From positions 81,344,001 through 81,408,000 of the forward strand of contig OZ024743.1 in NCBI GenBank assembly GCA_964016885.1: 64,000 nt of DNA, written 5' to 3'. Of the stretch, positions 25,096-38,149 are shown piece after piece. Below the pieces are notes generated by a model. It saw only the letters and a list, made by a program, of their open reading frames with translations. It did no database searches and was not told the DNA's origin. A program made the position numbers and the translations under genes. Origin of the DNA: Eledone cirrhosa. Its lineage: Eukaryota. Within the stretch, counting starts at the first letter, position 1. Every line of letters starts with the position of its first letter.

Positions 25096-27760
25096 AAGTG
25101 TTATAACGATCAAATTTTAGTTTAGAACATTTATCTGCTGACAATTGTTTCTTCCAGAGAGAAGTCTGGATTCATCGGAGCATAGGGAATGTCGAAACAT
25201 GTAACTAACATCATAGTCATTTAGAACATTTAGGGTACATAATTGTTTTTAGTGTCAAAGGCATCACGTGGAAAGTCAGGAGTTAAACAGATATTCTGCT
25301 TGAAAGAATACAATTACAGGCAGCACTGGTTGGAAGTGTAAAATGTATAAGCGAAAAGCACAAGCAAAAAATACAGGCAAAAAAGTTATAAGCAAGGAAA
25401 ATTGGTGTAAAATGGAGGAGTCAATACAGTCAATAAGGCATGTATGAGGAAAGAGTTATAATGAAGTTGAAATAAACGTATTTTGTGTGGGGTGTTAAAG
25501 CATGTTATAATTGTTATAAATGTTTAAGATAGTGTGCAATTTGTTAGAGGGGCATGTGGTGATAATGTAGGTATTTGTTATGTAAGGTGTAATGCAAAGC
25601 CCGTGCTAGAGTTGGGTATGTGATTTTCATTCAAGTGTTTATGTGTTGTAGTTCGTATGTATGAGTATATGTTGTTTGTTACTCACAGCTATTAACCATG
25701 GGATTATTTTGAGTCGTTTATAATCAATATGTGTTTGTTTGTTAAATGCAAATTCCACCGAATTACTGGCCATGTTATTATTGTAGGTATATTATTTTAT
25801 GCATTTTTTATCTACAAATTATCATTTCTAGGGTTTTTATTAACCGTTATTAAGCTGTTGGTAAACCGTTAGGCTACTTAACTTTATGAGTTTACACATG
25901 AAGTTGTAAAGGGGGTTACTAAAAAAGGGAGGTAATTAAGGTTATTGATAAATTAAGGGTTGTTTTAATATTGTTATAAATTAATCTTTATAGAGTATAT
26001 GAAATATTGGTTATATAATTGTTATTTTTTAAACTTGTGTGGAGGGAGTTAAAAAACATTTATTAAATCATTTTAATAACTAGATAGTTTTTACATAGTT
26101 ATATATAATATATATAATTTTACATATGTATATATAATATATATAAGATATATATATATATATATGCGAGAATGTATATATATATATATATATATATATA
26201 CAGATTGTGTAGAAAGAGTTGAAGTTTTTTATGACAGGATAGTGAGTTGCATGATATATACTGGAGTAATTGGAGTTATATACACAGTTGTCTGCTATTT
26301 AGTTGGTGTTGTATATTGAGAGTATATTAGAGTGTCTATATTATTTAAATATTTTAATTGTATAAGGTTAGAGATCAACAATGGGGTTTATTGATTGTAG
26401 GTAGGTTAGTGTAGTCTTTTAATTAAGGTGTAGTCCTATATTCACGAATGTCTAATTGGATAAATTAAAAGGTGGTGGTCAAATGTTATCTCCGACATTG
26501 GTCTTTATTTTTATTTTTATTATTATTAATATTAGTTACTAGGTTTGAAGTAGTGGAACGAGAATCTATGATAATGTGGACACGTTGAGAAGATCTCTGA
26601 TTTCCTATTTAGCAGGCTAAGATTAGAGTGAATGATGTTTGTAGACTCGAGGATGTAAAGGTTACAAAATTTGTTAGGTTGTCTATATGAGGGGTCCTTA
26701 GCTATCACTTCCCATTTTAAGGTGTATGGTATATTACTTGATTTTAATGAGTGTATGTGGATAGTGAGGTTACGTTGCTAAGTTTAGGGTATCTGAACGA
26801 ATGAAGGTGTGAATTATATCTGGTCTTAAAGCTATTCGATGTTGAGCCTATATATACTTTCGAGGTGTGATTAGCGGTTACAGTACCGGAGTAGATAATG
26901 TATTTAATAAGGCAGTTCTTATTTAATGGGCATGTCTTGTTAGGTCTACAATTACAATTGTTGCATTTGAGTGGTTGTTTCTGTTTCTACTTCTAGTATT
27001 ATGATTATGGTAAGTATTATTATTATTGGTATTATTAATATGACTTGCTGTATGGTCTTGTTATTCCTATGCTGGACATTATTACTTTGGTGTAATTTGA
27101 AGTACTTTTTAATCTTTCCCTTGTTGGTGCTGGCTATATGGTCTGCTATGCTAGGTGTGGTGGAGTAGGAGATTTTAATTGTATTTTTATTAAATAGGTT
27201 GTGGTATTTATGGTTAGTTGGGAAGTTTTTTCTAGAGTAGAGAAGAAAGCTTTAGGTATGTTTGTTGAGACATTTAAGTTGAACAGAGGATTAAAAAATG
27301 TGTTACTTCTTCTATTCTTCTTATGGTTGTTATTCATACTACTCTTTAGTGTGGTATTAGGTACCTACTTATCTATATTTTACTGTGTGTGGTGTTTCTT
27401 AGGATTATTGCTGTGGTGTGGTTTAACTTTTTTGATGTCCTCTGTTTAGGATTCGGGATTTTCAATACTATGATCATATTTAATTTTATTCATGGCCATG
27501 TTGTGTGAAATTATATTAGGCTGTCTATGGGTGGTTGACGATTTAGGTTTAAATTTAATTTTATCTCTATGGTTGGAACGGGCTAAGGGAGTAACGATTA
27601 AATGTATTCTCGTTGTAAGAAAGAATAGAGATTCCATTAGATACTCCTTTAATGATTGAGGTCAATACAGATTTAGGGTGGTTAGAGTTGGTATTAACAT
27701 AGAAAGGTTTTTCATTAGGTTTATGATAAGATGTCTATTTTTTAGATCTTCTGAAATATA
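25094..27760 (-). mobile_element. Penelope-like element (Naiad-like), 5'-truncated, decayed
   Basis: Minus-strand peptides YHKPNEKPFYVNTNSNHP (thumb), NTFFNPLF, HKYHNLFNKNTIKISYS, CNCRPNKTCPLNKNCL..IIY..VYIGSTSNSFKTRYNSH, LLNRKSEIFSTCPH; long 3' region with terminal hammerhead. Confidence 0.88.
25136..25182 (-). ncRNA. Type I hammerhead with CCGAUGA core
   Basis: tgct-CCGATGA-a tccaga cttctc tctgga a-GAAA-caattg-TC-agca. Confidence 0.75.
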
Positions 27761-27835
27761 TCAACGAAATAGGATTCAGGATTACCATCGAATATATATA
27801 TATATATATATGTGTGTGTATGTGTGTGTGTGTGT

Positions 27836-28257
27836 ATAGTATATTTGGCAATATAACGTATGTTTAATTAAAAACATTTAGAAGACCATACGTTACCGGT
27901 TTAAAGTAGTGACTATGTCACTTACTTCTTTTCAGCGGAAGAAGGGCGAGAAGCTAACAGTCTGTTTCACGCTGGTTGGCGATCACCATAGCCCCCCCCC
28001 CCCCGCTTCCGCCGAAAATTATAGGAGCTGGATTCTTAGAGAATTCCAGTAATAATCAGGAACTGATTATACACAGTGATTGCTGCTCCAGCAAAAATTA
28101 GGTATTAGGATTGGTGCTCTGAAATAGCAATGTATACATGAATGTATGTATAGCATATTTGGCGATATACCGTATGTTTAATTAAAACATTTAGAAGACC
28201 ATACGCTATCAGTTTTAAAGTACTGACTATATGTCACTTACTTGTTTTCAGCGCAAG
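27836..28257 (-). mobile_element. Family R, ~1.3 tandem units (period 313 bp)
   Basis: Direct repeat ~27836-27940 / ~28148-28256; spacer homologous to 18885-19035 and 18730-18780. Confidence 0.7.
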
Positions 28258-28265
28258 AATGGATA

Positions 28266-28367
<102 letters not shown>

Positions 28368-28866
28368 GGAACGAGTAGGACGTTTCGACGGCTAATTCTG
28401 GACTAGATGAAACATTTTTATCCTGGTAAAAAAATACCCGAACTTCTCAGGGGGTAATTCTATATATGGTAAAAGTGATTGTCACAAGGATTGGTCAAAA
28501 GTCTGCTGTAGTCGTCACTTACAACGCTCGACTGGGTTTCTCCACTCCCTCTCCCTATTTCTTCTACTGGCAAGTTCAGCTACCTCTACCTTCCACAAAA
28601 TGCCATGATGGAATCATGTGTCCCAACAACAAACTTTTGACCAATCCTTGTGACAATCACTTTTACCATATATGGAATTACCCCCTGAGAAGTTCGGGTA
28701 TTCATTTACCAGGATAAAAATGTTCATTTAGTCCAGAATTAGCCGTCGAAACGGCTTGAGCTCAGCCGCCGGGGTCCTACTCGTTCCTATTACCCACTCA
28801 ACTACCCTAAGTATTGAGTACTTTGGTGCATTATGGTCCATCTGGTTCCTTACCACTTTTCTTTCG

Positions 28867-28867
<1 letters not shown>
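28368..28867 (+). mobile_element. Family P, longest copy, fold-back
   Basis: Inverted arms 28368-28502 / 28634-28787; (TA)n on both sides. Confidence 0.8.
28681..28774 (+). ncRNA. Degenerate hammerhead with long stems II and III
   Basis: cccc-CTGAGAA-(cgggtattc..gaattagccg)-GAAA-cggct tgagctc agccg-(T/C)C-gggg; sibling copies show GTC at the cleavage site; G8 is mutated here. Confidence 0.55.
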
Positions 28868-28949
<82 letters not shown>

Positions 28950-29044
28950 TATATAAATATACATATATACACACACATACACACATGTATATGTATATAT
29001 ATATATATATATATAAATACATACATATATATATAAAAACATAC

Positions 29045-29118
<74 letters not shown>

Positions 29119-29453
29119 TTATTCATACATACATAGACATATAAACAAGATAAATATGTACATATATACGTACATTTATGCTCACATACAAACATTCATA
29201 CATACAAACACATATATATATATATATTTATACATGTGTGTGTGTGCGTATGTGTGTATGTGTGTGTGCGTGTGTGTGCGTGTGTGTATGTATGTGTGTA
29301 TGTGCGCGTGCGTGTGTGTGCGTGTGTGTGTGTGTGCGTGAATGTATGTATGTTTGTGTGTGCGTGTGTGTGTGTGTGCGTGTGTGTGTGTGAGTGTGTG
29401 CGCGTGTGTGTGTGCGCGCGTGTGTGTGTGTGTGTGCGTGTGTGTGCGTGTGT

Positions 29454-29505
<52 letters not shown>

Positions 29506-29551
29506 ATGTATTTTTACCACTATTATGGCTTCATTATTCAAATGACTCTAA

Positions 29552-29743
29552 GGACGGTGGATTGGCAGTATCAGTAGAGGGTCGGACGCCGTGCTTTGCA
29601 GCACAGTTACGTCCCTTTTCGGACTGAGTTCAAGACCCGCCGAGGTTAACTTTGCCTTTCATCCTTAACGGGTCGATAAAATAAAGTACCAGTAATACAC
29701 TGGAATAATTGCTGGCCTTGTGCCAAAAGTAGAAACAATTATT
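29552..29743 (+). mobile_element. SINE family S with target-site duplication
   Basis: aaatgactct at 29540-29549 and 29745-29754. Confidence 0.9.
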
Positions 29744-29824
29744 TAAATGACTCTGAATGTGATTATGTAAAATTCAACAATAAATTTCAATATTCAAAAT
29801 TCACAAAAAACACACCATTTGAAG

Positions 29825-31277
29825 ACAGCAGCAACAACAGCAGCAACAACAGCAGCAACAACAGCAGCAACAACAGCAGCAACAGCAACAACAGCAGCAA
29901 CAACAGCAGCAACAACAGCAGCAACAACAGTAGCAACAACAGCAGCAACAACAGTAGCAACAACAGTAGCAACAACAGCAGCAACAACAACAGCAACAAC
30001 AGCAGCAAAAACAGCAGCAACAACAACAGCAGCAACAACAGCAGCAAAACAGTAGCAACGACAGCAGCAACATAAGCAGCAACAAAAACAGCAACAACAG
30101 AAGCAACAACAACAACACCACCAGCGGCAACAACAGTAGCAACAACAGTACAACAACAACAGCAACGCAGCAGCAACAACAGCAGCAACAACAGAAGCAA
30201 CAAGAGCAGCAACAACAGCGGCAACAACAGCAGCAACAACAGTAGCAACAACAGTAGCAACAACAGCAGCAACAACAGCAGCAACAACAATGACAGAAGC
30301 AACAACAGTAGCAACAACAGCAGCAACAACAGCAGCAACAACAGTAGCAACCCCAGCAGCAACAACAATAACAGCAGCAACAACAATGACAGGAGAAACA
30401 ACAGCAGCAACAACAGCAGCAACAACAGCAGCAACAACAGTAGCAACAACAGCAGCAACAACAGCAGCAACAACAACAGCAACAACAGCAGCAACCTCAG
30501 CAGCAACAACAGTAGCAACAACAGCAGCAACAACAGCAGCAACAACAGCAGCAACAACAGCAATACCATCGGCAACATCGACAACAACAACAGCAACAAC
30601 AGCAGAAACCTCAGCAGCAACAACAGCAACAACAACAGCAGCAACAACAGTAGCAATAACAGTAGAACAGTAGCAACAACAGCAGCAACAACAGCAGAAA
30701 CCTCCTCAGCAGCAACAACAGCAGCAACAACAACAGCAACAACAGCAGCAACAACCGTAGCAACAACAACAGCAACAAAAGTAGCAACAACAACAGCAAT
30801 GACAGCAGCAACAACAGCAGCAACATAAGCAGCAACAACAGTAGCAACAACAGCAGCAACATAAGCAGCAACAACAGCAACAACAGCAGCAACATCAACA
30901 GCAACATCAACAACAACAACAGCAACAACAGCAGCAACAACAGCAGCAACAACAGCAGCAACAACAACAGCAACAACAGCAGCAACAACAACAGCAATGA
31001 CAGCAGCAACAACAGTAGCAACAACAGCAGTAACAACAACATCAATAATAATAACAACACCAATAACACCACCAACAACAACAATAACAATACCAACAAC
31101 AATAACAACAACAACAGCAGCAATAACAACAACAACAACAATAACAGCAATAACACCAACAATAACAACAAAAACAATAACAACAACAACAACAACAATA
31201 ACAACAATAACACCAACAACAACAACAATAACGACAACAACAACAATAACAACAATAACACCAACAATAACAACAAT

Positions 31278-31310
<33 letters not shown>

Positions 31311-31493
31311 AACAACAACAACAACAAAAACAACAACAGCAACTACAACAACAACACCAACAACAATAATAACAACAACAACAACAACAACAACAATAAC
31401 AACAACTGCAATAATAATAACAACAACAACAATAACAACAACAACAACAACAACAACAACAATAACAACAACAATAACAACAATAACAATAAT

Positions 31494-31535
<42 letters not shown>

Positions 31536-31627
31536 AACAACAATAACAAGAGCAGTGAGAAAAATAATCGGCAACAGCAATAGCAATATCAGCAAGAAAA
31601 ACTACAACAACAACAACAACAATGCTG

Positions 31628-31658
<31 letters not shown>

Positions 31659-31684
31659 CGATGACAACAACGACAACGACGACG

Positions 31685-31718
<34 letters not shown>
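29825..31718 (+). repeat. (ACA/GCA)n array, 12-mer acagcagcaaca grading into (ACA/ATA)n
   Basis: Direct reading. Confidence 0.97.
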
Positions 31719-31719
<1 letters not shown>

Positions 31720-31754
31720 TAGCATATAAAGAATTAACGACATAGTCAGTTTCT

Positions 31755-31930
31755 CGCTCTGCTAGAAATAGTAACCAAATCCTCCTTAAATCTCACGCTA
31801 CTGTCAAAGAAACGCCGTAAACGTTGCTAATGTGCTGTCGTGTTTAATGTATTTAGGAAAAAGTTGCAAGGGTCACGATTGGAACGCCTTTGATGGTAGG
31901 TCTGCTGGATCAGAGTTGGGTGACTGTTGT
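31755..31930 (+). mobile_element. Decayed SINE 3' part (family U; related tails ~34890-35060, 57840-57900, 61560-61615, 24810-24855 minus)
   Basis: tgctagaaatagtaaccaaatc...tggaacgcctttgat..aggtctgctggatcag; siblings end in ggctaaacaacaac or a close variant. Confidence 0.5.
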
Positions 31931-32049
31931 TTAGAAGAAAGACATAGCCACCGCCATCGCCACCACGCCACCACCACCACAGCCACTGCCACTACCGCCA
32001 CCGCCACCGCCACCACCACCTCCATCACCACCACTACCACTACCACCAC

Positions 32050-32570
32050 ATAATGTGAGGTGTGACAGACACAATGAGAAGTGTGACAGACATAATAGGA
32101 AGTGTGACAGAATGTGAGATCTGACATAATGTGAAGTGTGCCATAATGTGAAGTGTGCCATAATGTGAAGTGTGACATAATCTGAAGTGTGACATAATGT
32201 GAAGTGTGACATACTGTGAGGTGTGACATAATGGGAAGTGTGACAGACAGAATCGGAAGTGTGACATAATGGGAAGTGTGACATAATGTGAGGTGTGACA
32301 AAATGTGAGGTGTCACATAAGGTGAAGTGTCACAGACACAATGTGAAGTGTAACAGACATAATGTGAAGAGCGACAGACATAATGTGAAATGTGACATAA
32401 AGTGAAGTGTGACAGAGATAATGTGAGGTGTGACAGGCATGATGTGAAGTGTGACAGAGATAATGTGAAGTGTGACAGACAAAATGTGAGGTGTGACATA
32501 ATGTGAAGTGTGACATAAGGTGATGTGTGACATAATGTGAAGTGTGACAGAGATAAGGTGAGGTGTGACT
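32050..32570. repeat. 17-21-bp minisatellite
   Basis: Units cataatgtgaagtgtga(caga). Confidence 0.93.
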
Positions 32571-32667
32571 GTCATGCTTGTTTGCAGGGAGAGACACATC
32601 ATATCGTATGAAGAGATATTCAGAAAATCTAAAAAATGAAATCAACTTAAAAATAGAGAATAAAAAA

Positions 32668-32778
32668 AACAACAACACTACCACTACTAGCAATAACAGC
32701 AACTACTACTATTGCTCCTAATACTGCTCCTAATACTACTACTACTACTACCACTACCAGCAACAACAACAACAACAG

Positions 32779-32810
<32 letters not shown>

Positions 32811-32811
32811 G

Positions 32812-32856
<45 letters not shown>

Positions 32857-34375
32857 ATACCACAACCACTACCAGCAACAACAACAACAGCTACTACTAC
32901 TACTATTACTACTACTATAACAACAACTACTACTACTACACCACCACCACCAGCAATAACAATAACAACTACTACAGCAACAACAACAACTACTACAGCA
33001 ACAACAACAACTACTACAGCAACAACAACAACTACTACAATAACAACAACTACAACAACAACAACAACTACTACAGCAACAACAACTACTACAGCAACAA
33101 CAACAACAACAACTACTACATCAACAACAACAACCACTACTACAGCAACAACAACAACCACGACTACAGCAACAACAACTACACCTACTGCAACAACAAC
33201 CACTACTACAACAACAACAACAACTACTACTACAACAACAACAACTACTACAGCAACAATAACAACCACTACTACAACAACAACAACAACTACTACAACA
33301 ACAACAACTACTACAACAACAACAACAACTACAACAACAACAACAACAACTACTATACTACATCAACAACAACAACAACAACTATTACAACAACAACAAC
33401 CACGACTACAACAACAACAACAACTACTACAGCAACAACAACAACCACGACTACAACAGCAACAACAACAACAACTACTACTACAGTAACAACAACAACC
33501 ACGACTACAACAACAACAACAACAACCACTACAACAACAACAACAACAACCACGACTACAACAACCACGACTACAACAACAACAACAACAACAACTACTA
33601 CTACAGCAACAACAACAACCACGACTACAACAACAACAACTACTACAACAACAACCACGACTACAACAACAACAACAACAACAACTACTACAACAACAAC
33701 CACGACTACAACAACAACAACAACTACTACTACAACAACAACAACAACAACCACGACTACAACAACAACAACAACAACAACAACCACTACTACAACAACA
33801 ACAACAACCACGACTACAACAACAACAACAACAACTACTACAGCAACAACAACAACCACGACTACAACAACAACAACAACAACAACAACTACTACAGCAA
33901 CAACAACAACCACTACAACAACTACTACAACAACTACTACAGCAACAACAACAACCACGACTACAACAACAACAACAACAACAACTACTACAACAACAAC
34001 CACGACTACAACAACAACAACAACAACTACTACAACAACAACCACGACTACAACAACAACAACAACTACTACTACAACAACAACAACAACAACCACGACT
34101 ACAACAACAACAACAACAACAACCACTACTACAACAACAACAACAACCACGACTACAACAACAACAACAACAACTACTACTACAGCAACAACAACAACCA
34201 CGACTACAACAACAACAACAACAACAACAACTACTACAGCAACAACAACAACCACTACAACAACTACTACAACAACTACTACAGCAACAACAACAACCAC
34301 GACTACAACAACAACAACAACCACGACTACAGCAACAACAACAACCACGACTACAGCAACAACAACAACAACAAA
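32668..34375 (+). repeat. (CAA/CTA)n array with higher-order accacgactacaacaac units
   Basis: Direct reading. Confidence 0.97.
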
Positions 34376-35216
34376 AACAGGTACAACAGGAAGAAGAAAA
34401 CATCAACATAAACTTTGACGAAAAACAGTAATATTTAATATTAATTAACATTTAATTCTTATGAATAAAGATAAAGAAATTAAAATAAATTAACATAAAA
34501 TGGTGCCATAAATAATTAGTAGAATGGTTCTGCTGGGAATTAGAATGATAGGAAGTGAAATGGAAGGTTCTATAAATATTGAAATATTTGACGGTTTCAA
34601 CACGAGAAACCTCGGTGACATATACGTCAACAGTGTCAACATCAGCAGCACATATGATGTCATTTATGCAGTGCTGGGTTTACCATTGTCGTTAGATGTG
34701 CTGAAACACATGGCCCCGTGGGCCCGGGGCGCCCAACTTCTCGGCAAAAGGTTTTTTACGGTGAATTTTTCGTATGTTTGGTGGCTCATATTTTAACTAT
34801 GACGGGGGGTTATTTGTCCTTACTCCGACACTGCATGTATGGTGATGACACCAACACAGTAAGAACATGAATCGAAATTATGAATGACCATTTATCTGGA
34901 TGTTCAATGTGCTGGAAATAACAGCCGTGAGAAATTTTCAACCAGCCATCCATACATGAGCCCTGCACACTTGATGGAGTAATAGGGACGCCGTAGTCAT
35001 ATACGGTATGTCTTGGGCATCTAACAGGGGCCGATCATATCTTATCCAGGTTTAATCAATTACTTCTATAGGGAGAGAGGGAGAAGGGAGAGGGGGGAAG
35101 GGAATGGGAGAGAGAGTGAAGTAGTAAGAAAAAGATATAGAGGGAATTACTTCCAATTCACTATAAAATATATTTACTACAACTTACAATTTTAGGAAAG
35201 AATACTGAAGAATAAA

Positions 35217-35296
35217 CGTAGATATGGCTGTGTAGTTAAGAAGTTCCTTTCCTAACAACTTTCTTTCGAATTCAGTCCTACTGTGTGGCACATTGT
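35217..35296 (+). mobile_element. Decayed tRNA-derived SINE head
   Basis: tggctgtgtagttaagaag...ttcagtcctactgtgtggcac. Confidence 0.55.
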
Positions 35297-35300
35297 GAAA

Positions 35301-35810
35301 GGTAGCGAAAGAGGCTGTGCGGTGGACCAGCTTGACAGGACTAATGACAGACACTTCTCTATTCAGCCCTCATCAACTTCTTCAAGTTTCACTTGGAAAG
35401 GAAGGTGAGGGTGGAAAGAGAAGTGCTGCTCCCAGTACATTTGCTAAAAGTGGTGAGAATGGCCCGTGTGAATGGGCTTAATCTGAGCATGTGCCTGTAG
35501 GCTGGCTAATTTGAGAAAAGGGTTACCGCAGGATGACCTGGAAGCATCAGGTGGTTCAGTATTAGTGGGTCACCTGAGTCACCCCTGGGTGGTTCGACCC
35601 CTAATGGGGAATATATTTTGTTATAATTTTCATATTTTTGTATTTTTATATATTTTTATGTATTTTGATATATTTGGATATAGTTCAATTGTTAATTATT
35701 TTTGCTATTGTGTAATTTTACACGATTTTATTATAACCCCTCTCCCCACTGTCCTTGTCTTTGCAATGTCCTATACATGTCGGTCCCTGTGGCCAATAAA
35801 AGAAACTATT
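35301..35810 (+). mobile_element. Tx1/L1-clade LINE, 3' fragment
   Basis: LINFFKFHLERKVRVER end of ORF2, 3' UTR matching 37790-38050, end tgtggccaataaaagaaactatt. Confidence 0.85.
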
Positions 35811-38051
35811 GGCCTGCCCTACGAGCTTTACGTAAATATTCCACACTTGTTCTCCGATCTCCTCGAAGCGCTCTACTGCAACTGGCAGCAGAATGGGAGT
35901 ATTCCCAGTTCTGTGAGCAGGGGAGTGGTGACGCTGATAAGGAAAGACGAGAACAAGAGGGATACATTAGACAACTTCAGGCCCATAACTCTGTTCAACA
36001 TAGAGTTTAAGATTTGGGCCAAGGTGATAGCAAAGTGGTTGGTGGTTGTCGTCGAGTATTTGGTAGGGGAGGCGCAAACTTGCGCAATCACGACCAGGTC
36101 CATACATGACAACCTCCACCTCATGTGATACATCATAGAGAGGGTTGTGTGTAAACCTGGCTTCGGTGGGGCACTGATCAATTTAGATCAATCGAAAGCA
36201 TTCAATAGGGTCGACCATCGGTACCTGGAGACTGTCCTCAAAGCAACTAGCTTCGGCCCCGTCTTCAGAGCTGGGTTGCTGCAATGTACAGCGGCATCTG
36301 CTCGGTGGTGAAGGTTAATGGCCACCTCTCGGATTCGTTTCAGGTTTCCCGATCGGTCGCTCAAGGGTGTCCTCTCTCTTCCCTTCTGTGTGTATTGTCT
36401 CTCGAGCTTTTACTGCGGAAGTTGGAGCTGTTGCAGGGCTCCCCGCTCGAACCGGGACGCGGAAAGGCTGTGTCAGCTTATGCGGACGACATCAGCGTAA
36501 TGGTGTCAGACACCTCAGAAATCGATGTGGTCGGCACCTTATTGAAAGAATATTAAAGGTTGACAGGAGCGAAACTTAACCGAGAAAAGTCGGTGGGCTT
36601 GAAGCTCGACACCTGGAGAGGCAAGCCCATGCCGTCCAACAGCGTTGTTGGGCTCTGGACGAACAGACCGGTAAAGTTGCTCGGGGTTTTGTTCGGACCA
36701 GACCTCCAGGTGGAAAAGAATTGGGACGAGGTAATGAGCAGGTTAGCCAGTCTCACCCAGAAATGGGCTGCGAGGAAGCTATCACTGAAAGGTCGCGCGG
36801 AGGTAACGATTGCGTATTTCGCGTCCGTCATCTGCTATCGCTTGACCGTCGTGCCTTGCCCCCGTCAGCGCCTCGCCAAGCTGGAAGGGCTCCTCTTCAA
36901 ATTCTTGTGGAGGGGACAATTCCTGTTGGTGAGGCGGTCCATCTGCTGCCAGCACCCTCTACGCGGAAGGCTGGGCATGCTGTGGGTAATGATGCGCAGA
37001 CATGCGCTGAGACTGCGACATCTCAAGATATTCTGCCTAAACGATGAACAGGTGTGGTCACCGTTTATCAGATGGGCCTTTCCGCAGCTCGTCTCTTGAA
37101 CTGAGCTGCAGTCCTGGGTCAATAAGAGACTGAGACTGGAGGTCTGGCATCTGGAATGTTGTCAGGCACTCACTGCCCTCTACCAAGCGGGCAATGCGAT
37201 CAGTGGAGCTTCCACTCTGAAGTTCTATAGAGGTTTAGTGGTGGGCAAGTGCGACGCGGCACTCGGAGAGGCTCTGGGCTTCGACGAAGTCGAACTGACC
37301 AGTCTGTTCCGGAGGACTTTCGAACCGGGGACGATGAACAATTTCCAGAAATCCCTCGCTTGGCAGTGCTACCGGGGAGCACTGCAGGTTCGAGTTGAAC
37401 TCTACAGGCACGGAAGTGCTGTGAGACGGACCTGCCCGAGATGCGCACAGAGCGACGAAACCGTTCTGCACGCACTTGTCCAATGTCCGTGCATTACTGA
37501 CTTGTAGAGTTATGTCGAGCAGCTACTGTCACGTGTAGAACGGATCCGGCTATCGGCCGAGTCCATAGTGAAGATCGACCCGCCGCCTTCCTTAGGTCAG
37601 GAAGAGCAAGCAATTTTCCTCTGTCTGGTGGCCGTTGCGAAAGAAGCCAATCCCTCATCAACTTCTTCAAGTTTCACCAGGAAAGGAAGGTGAGGGTGGA
37701 GAGACAAGTGCTTCCCCCCAATACATTTGCTAAAAGGTGGATGAATATGGCGAGAATGGCCCGTTGAGTTGGCCTACTCTGACCATGTGCCTATAGACTG
37801 GCAAATTTAAGGAGAGGGGTGCTCTCCTCGGGTGCCCTAGAAGCGCAGGGTGGTTCAGGATTGGTGGGGTACCTGAGTCATCCCAGGCTCGTACACCCCC
37901 TATTGGGGAATTTATTTTGTTATATTTATGCATAGTTTATTTTATATTTTTATATCTTCATTGTTAAATTAGTCTTGCCATTGTGCACTTTTACTCGACC
38001 TTATTGTAAACCCCCACTGTCCTTGTCTTTGTATTGTCCCCCTACATGTCC
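35811..38051 (+). mobile_element. Tx1/L1-clade LINE, 5'-truncated (RT and C-terminal zinc finger, with stops and frameshifts)
   Basis: GLPYELY, NFRPITLFN, LDQSKAFNRVDH, QGCPLSSLL, AYADDI, CPRCAQSDETVLHALVQCP. Confidence 0.93.
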
Positions 38052-38146
38052 CCTTTCATCCTTACGGGGTCGATAAAATAAAGTACCAGTAATACACTGG
38101 GATAATTGCTGGCCTTGTTCCAAAAGTAGAAACAATTATTATTATC
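38052..38146 (+). mobile_element. SINE family S 3' half between two Tx1 copies
   Basis: cctttcatccttacggggtcgataaa...tagaaacaattattattat. Confidence 0.9.
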
Positions 38147-38149
38147 AAC

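Noticed and set aside
29787-34451. Long poly-Thr/Ala, poly-Val/Leu and poly-Cys ORFs
   Set aside because: Pure trinucleotide arrays open in several frames on both strands
34668-34836. Small MITE with tgcagtg...cactgca ends
   Set aside because: Only a 7-bp terminal match and a single copy; not enough support
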